Positions 62,383-64,000 of a stretch of 64,000 bases of DNA are shown here, one piece after another. The notes below the pieces were generated by a model. The model was not told the origin of the DNA, searched no databases, and saw only the letters and a list, made by a program, of their open reading frames with translations. The translations under genes and the position numbers were made by a program. The stretch's first letter is position 1; every line of letters begins with the position of its first letter. Origin of the DNA: Podospora anserina (Eukaryota); assembly GCA_017654855.1 (NCBI GenBank), contig CM030338.1, positions 2,108,001 through 2,172,000 of the forward strand, given 5' to 3'.

Positions 62383-63241
62383 GCTCGTTCTGGGGCTGAC
62401 CTGGATGAAATCGGGCGCAGATTTGGGCCAGGGAGGAAGGATGAGAGAGAGGGGGAAGATGAGTAGGCTCTGTTGTTTCTAGCTCTTGTCGTCGCCGGGT
62501 CCGTCGCCGCCTTGATCACCGCCTTGAACACCGCCATATCTTCACCATTGCCAAACTCGTCAGCCTGATTGCCCTTGGTTCAGGCTCACGAGAAGAATCG
62601 ACCTGAACGATGGATCGACGCGGGCTGCGCAGTTTTGGTCCATTGGTCTCTGGACGTCGTTATCGAAACGATTTATCACTATGACACTGCAGAAACAGCG
62701 GAGGGAGAAGAAGCTTGAAAGGGGTGATAATTTTCGTTTCTGTTGATGCTTGGATCTCTTCGCCACACAAAGCGTTTTGTAATTCTACCGTGTGAGAGTA
62801 GTACGAATAAGTTTTTTCTAGTTTTACTCTTTGCGGCTCGGCATCCTTGGGTCTGGCTACCCTGCCTTGGCTTCTGGCTCTTGATATTTTCGCATTACAT
62901 TTTTCTCCTTGGTGAGATGGGGGACAAGGAAAAGAAATGAGAAGGAGAAGGCAGGATATAGATGGCAGGGAGTTATTAGGCATATCATCATCATTTTTTT
63001 CCTGCTGTGTTGGGTGGGGTTGGCTGGGATGGGGAGTTGAGTATAAGGGTGGTGATGAGTGCTTTTATATAGGGATTGATACTCTGCCAGCCTTTGCTAA
63101 AGTTTTGGGAGGTATATCAGAAAGAAAGAAGGAAGGAAGGGAAAGTAGTGTACAAAGAAGTAAAACAACATTCAACACCTCTTGTTACTTGTTAGATGAT
63201 TGTTTGTCTAGGCATCTATACCATCGTGCCGTGTCTTCTAT

Positions 63242-64000
63242 CTATCTTCTCGAAGTAGACCCATACCCAGTGCTTTCATGACTTGGTCCAGAACTCCCCG
63301 AGCCAGACGACCTCGACGGTCCAGCAGCACCACCGCCCCAACCGCTCCCCCCACCTCCAAACCTGCTCGACCCGCCGCGGTAGTTGTCCTCATAATTGCT
63401 GTTGTTATACCCCCCGAAAGCACTGGAATTATTCCCCCTCCTCTGCCCAGCCATATACCCCCCCGCCGCCCCCGACGCCAGCCCCGTCCAAAACCCCGGC
63501 CGCCAGCCCTGTTCCTGCTGTTGTGGCTGTCTGGAACTCGAACTCGTTGTTTTCGGGCGTCTAGCCCCCCTTCCTGAACCAGAACCAGGGTAAGGAGGAG
63601 GCGGATCGTCATCGTCATCGTTGTTACCCCCCCACCCCGAACCGTAACCCCCTCCTGTCCGTGGTTGTCTCCTCTGCCCATTGGCAGTATTATCCCTCGC
63701 CCCCCTCCAGGCCCCCCAGATAATCCACACCACCACTCCGACAAAAATGATTCCGAAGAGTACACCCCCCCAATCTGTTTCATTCTTGTCGTTCATCAAC
63801 AGACCCGGTTTGAAGTACAAACCAGGGTGTTCCTGCCTGCCTTGATCGGTGAGCTGTAAAGTGTACTCCACCCCGCAACTCCCTTTTAGGACATAAGGGT
63901 CATCCGGGGAATCGTACCCCTCGCAAATAACCTCTGTCCTGTCGAGGCGGAGGGTGGGGGGCAGGGAGGCGGTGCAGGACCATTCTATGTCTTCGGATGT
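63242..64000 (-). CDS. SARAF/TMEM66-like (DUF1183) single-pass membrane protein, 5' end outside the window
   Basis: EWSCTASLPPTLRLDRTEVICEGYDSPDDPYVLKGSCGVEYTL, a TM helix, DDPPPPY, WRPGFWTGLASGAAGGY and a C-terminal STGYGSTSRR, which I recognise as family features. Confidence 0.88.
   Translation of the reverse strand, partial: TSEDIEWSCTASLPPTLRLDRTEVICEGYDSPDDPYVLKGSCGVEYTLQLTDQGRQEHPGLYFKPGLLMNDKNETDWGGVLFGIIFVGVVVWIIWGAWRGARDNTANGQRRQPRTGGGYGSGWGGNNDDDDDPPPPYPGSGSGRGARRPKTTSSSSRQPQQQEQGWRPGFWTGLASGAAGGYMAGQRRGNNSSAFGGYNNSNYEDNYRGGSSRFGGGGSGWGGGAAGPSRSSGSGSSGPSHESTGYGSTSRR

Overview
Gene-dense, intron-containing chromosome arm from a filamentous ascomycete. It is Sordariales-like and probably Podospora-type, inferred from gene content, short GT-AG introns with CTRAC/CTAAT branch points, and codon style. 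About 17 mostly housekeeping nuclear, ubiquitin and chromatin genes are supportable: NUP192 (runs off the left edge), TEL1/ATM, SUMO E1 subunit AOS1, TIF6/eIF6, CAF1/POP2, complex I B12 (NDUFB3), FYV10/GID9, CBF1, UGA1, SET2, RAD23, BDP1, BRE1, a SARAF-like gene (runs off the right edge), and four hypothetical proteins. I saw no transposon, tRNA, rRNA or CRISPR. The most striking signal is hidden coding sequence behind UAG stop codons. The CAF1 stop (TAG 26810-26812) is followed in frame by 69 codons, a second TAG in a small hairpin loop, the ubiquitin C-terminal motif LRLRGG, and 308 more codons with Tyr/Ser/Pro/Thr repeats. AOS1 (a SUMO-interacting motif), BRE1 (two TAGs then a transmembrane-like tail) and SET2 (112 open codons) also have in-frame extensions behind TAG stops. 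This fits sexual-stage A-to-I (UAG->UGG) stop-loss editing, possibly coupled to deubiquitinase-type polyprotein cleavage; that interpretation is inference. A candidate H/ACA snoRNA lies in the long first intron of TIF6. Exon coordinates were read by eye and no database searches were run.
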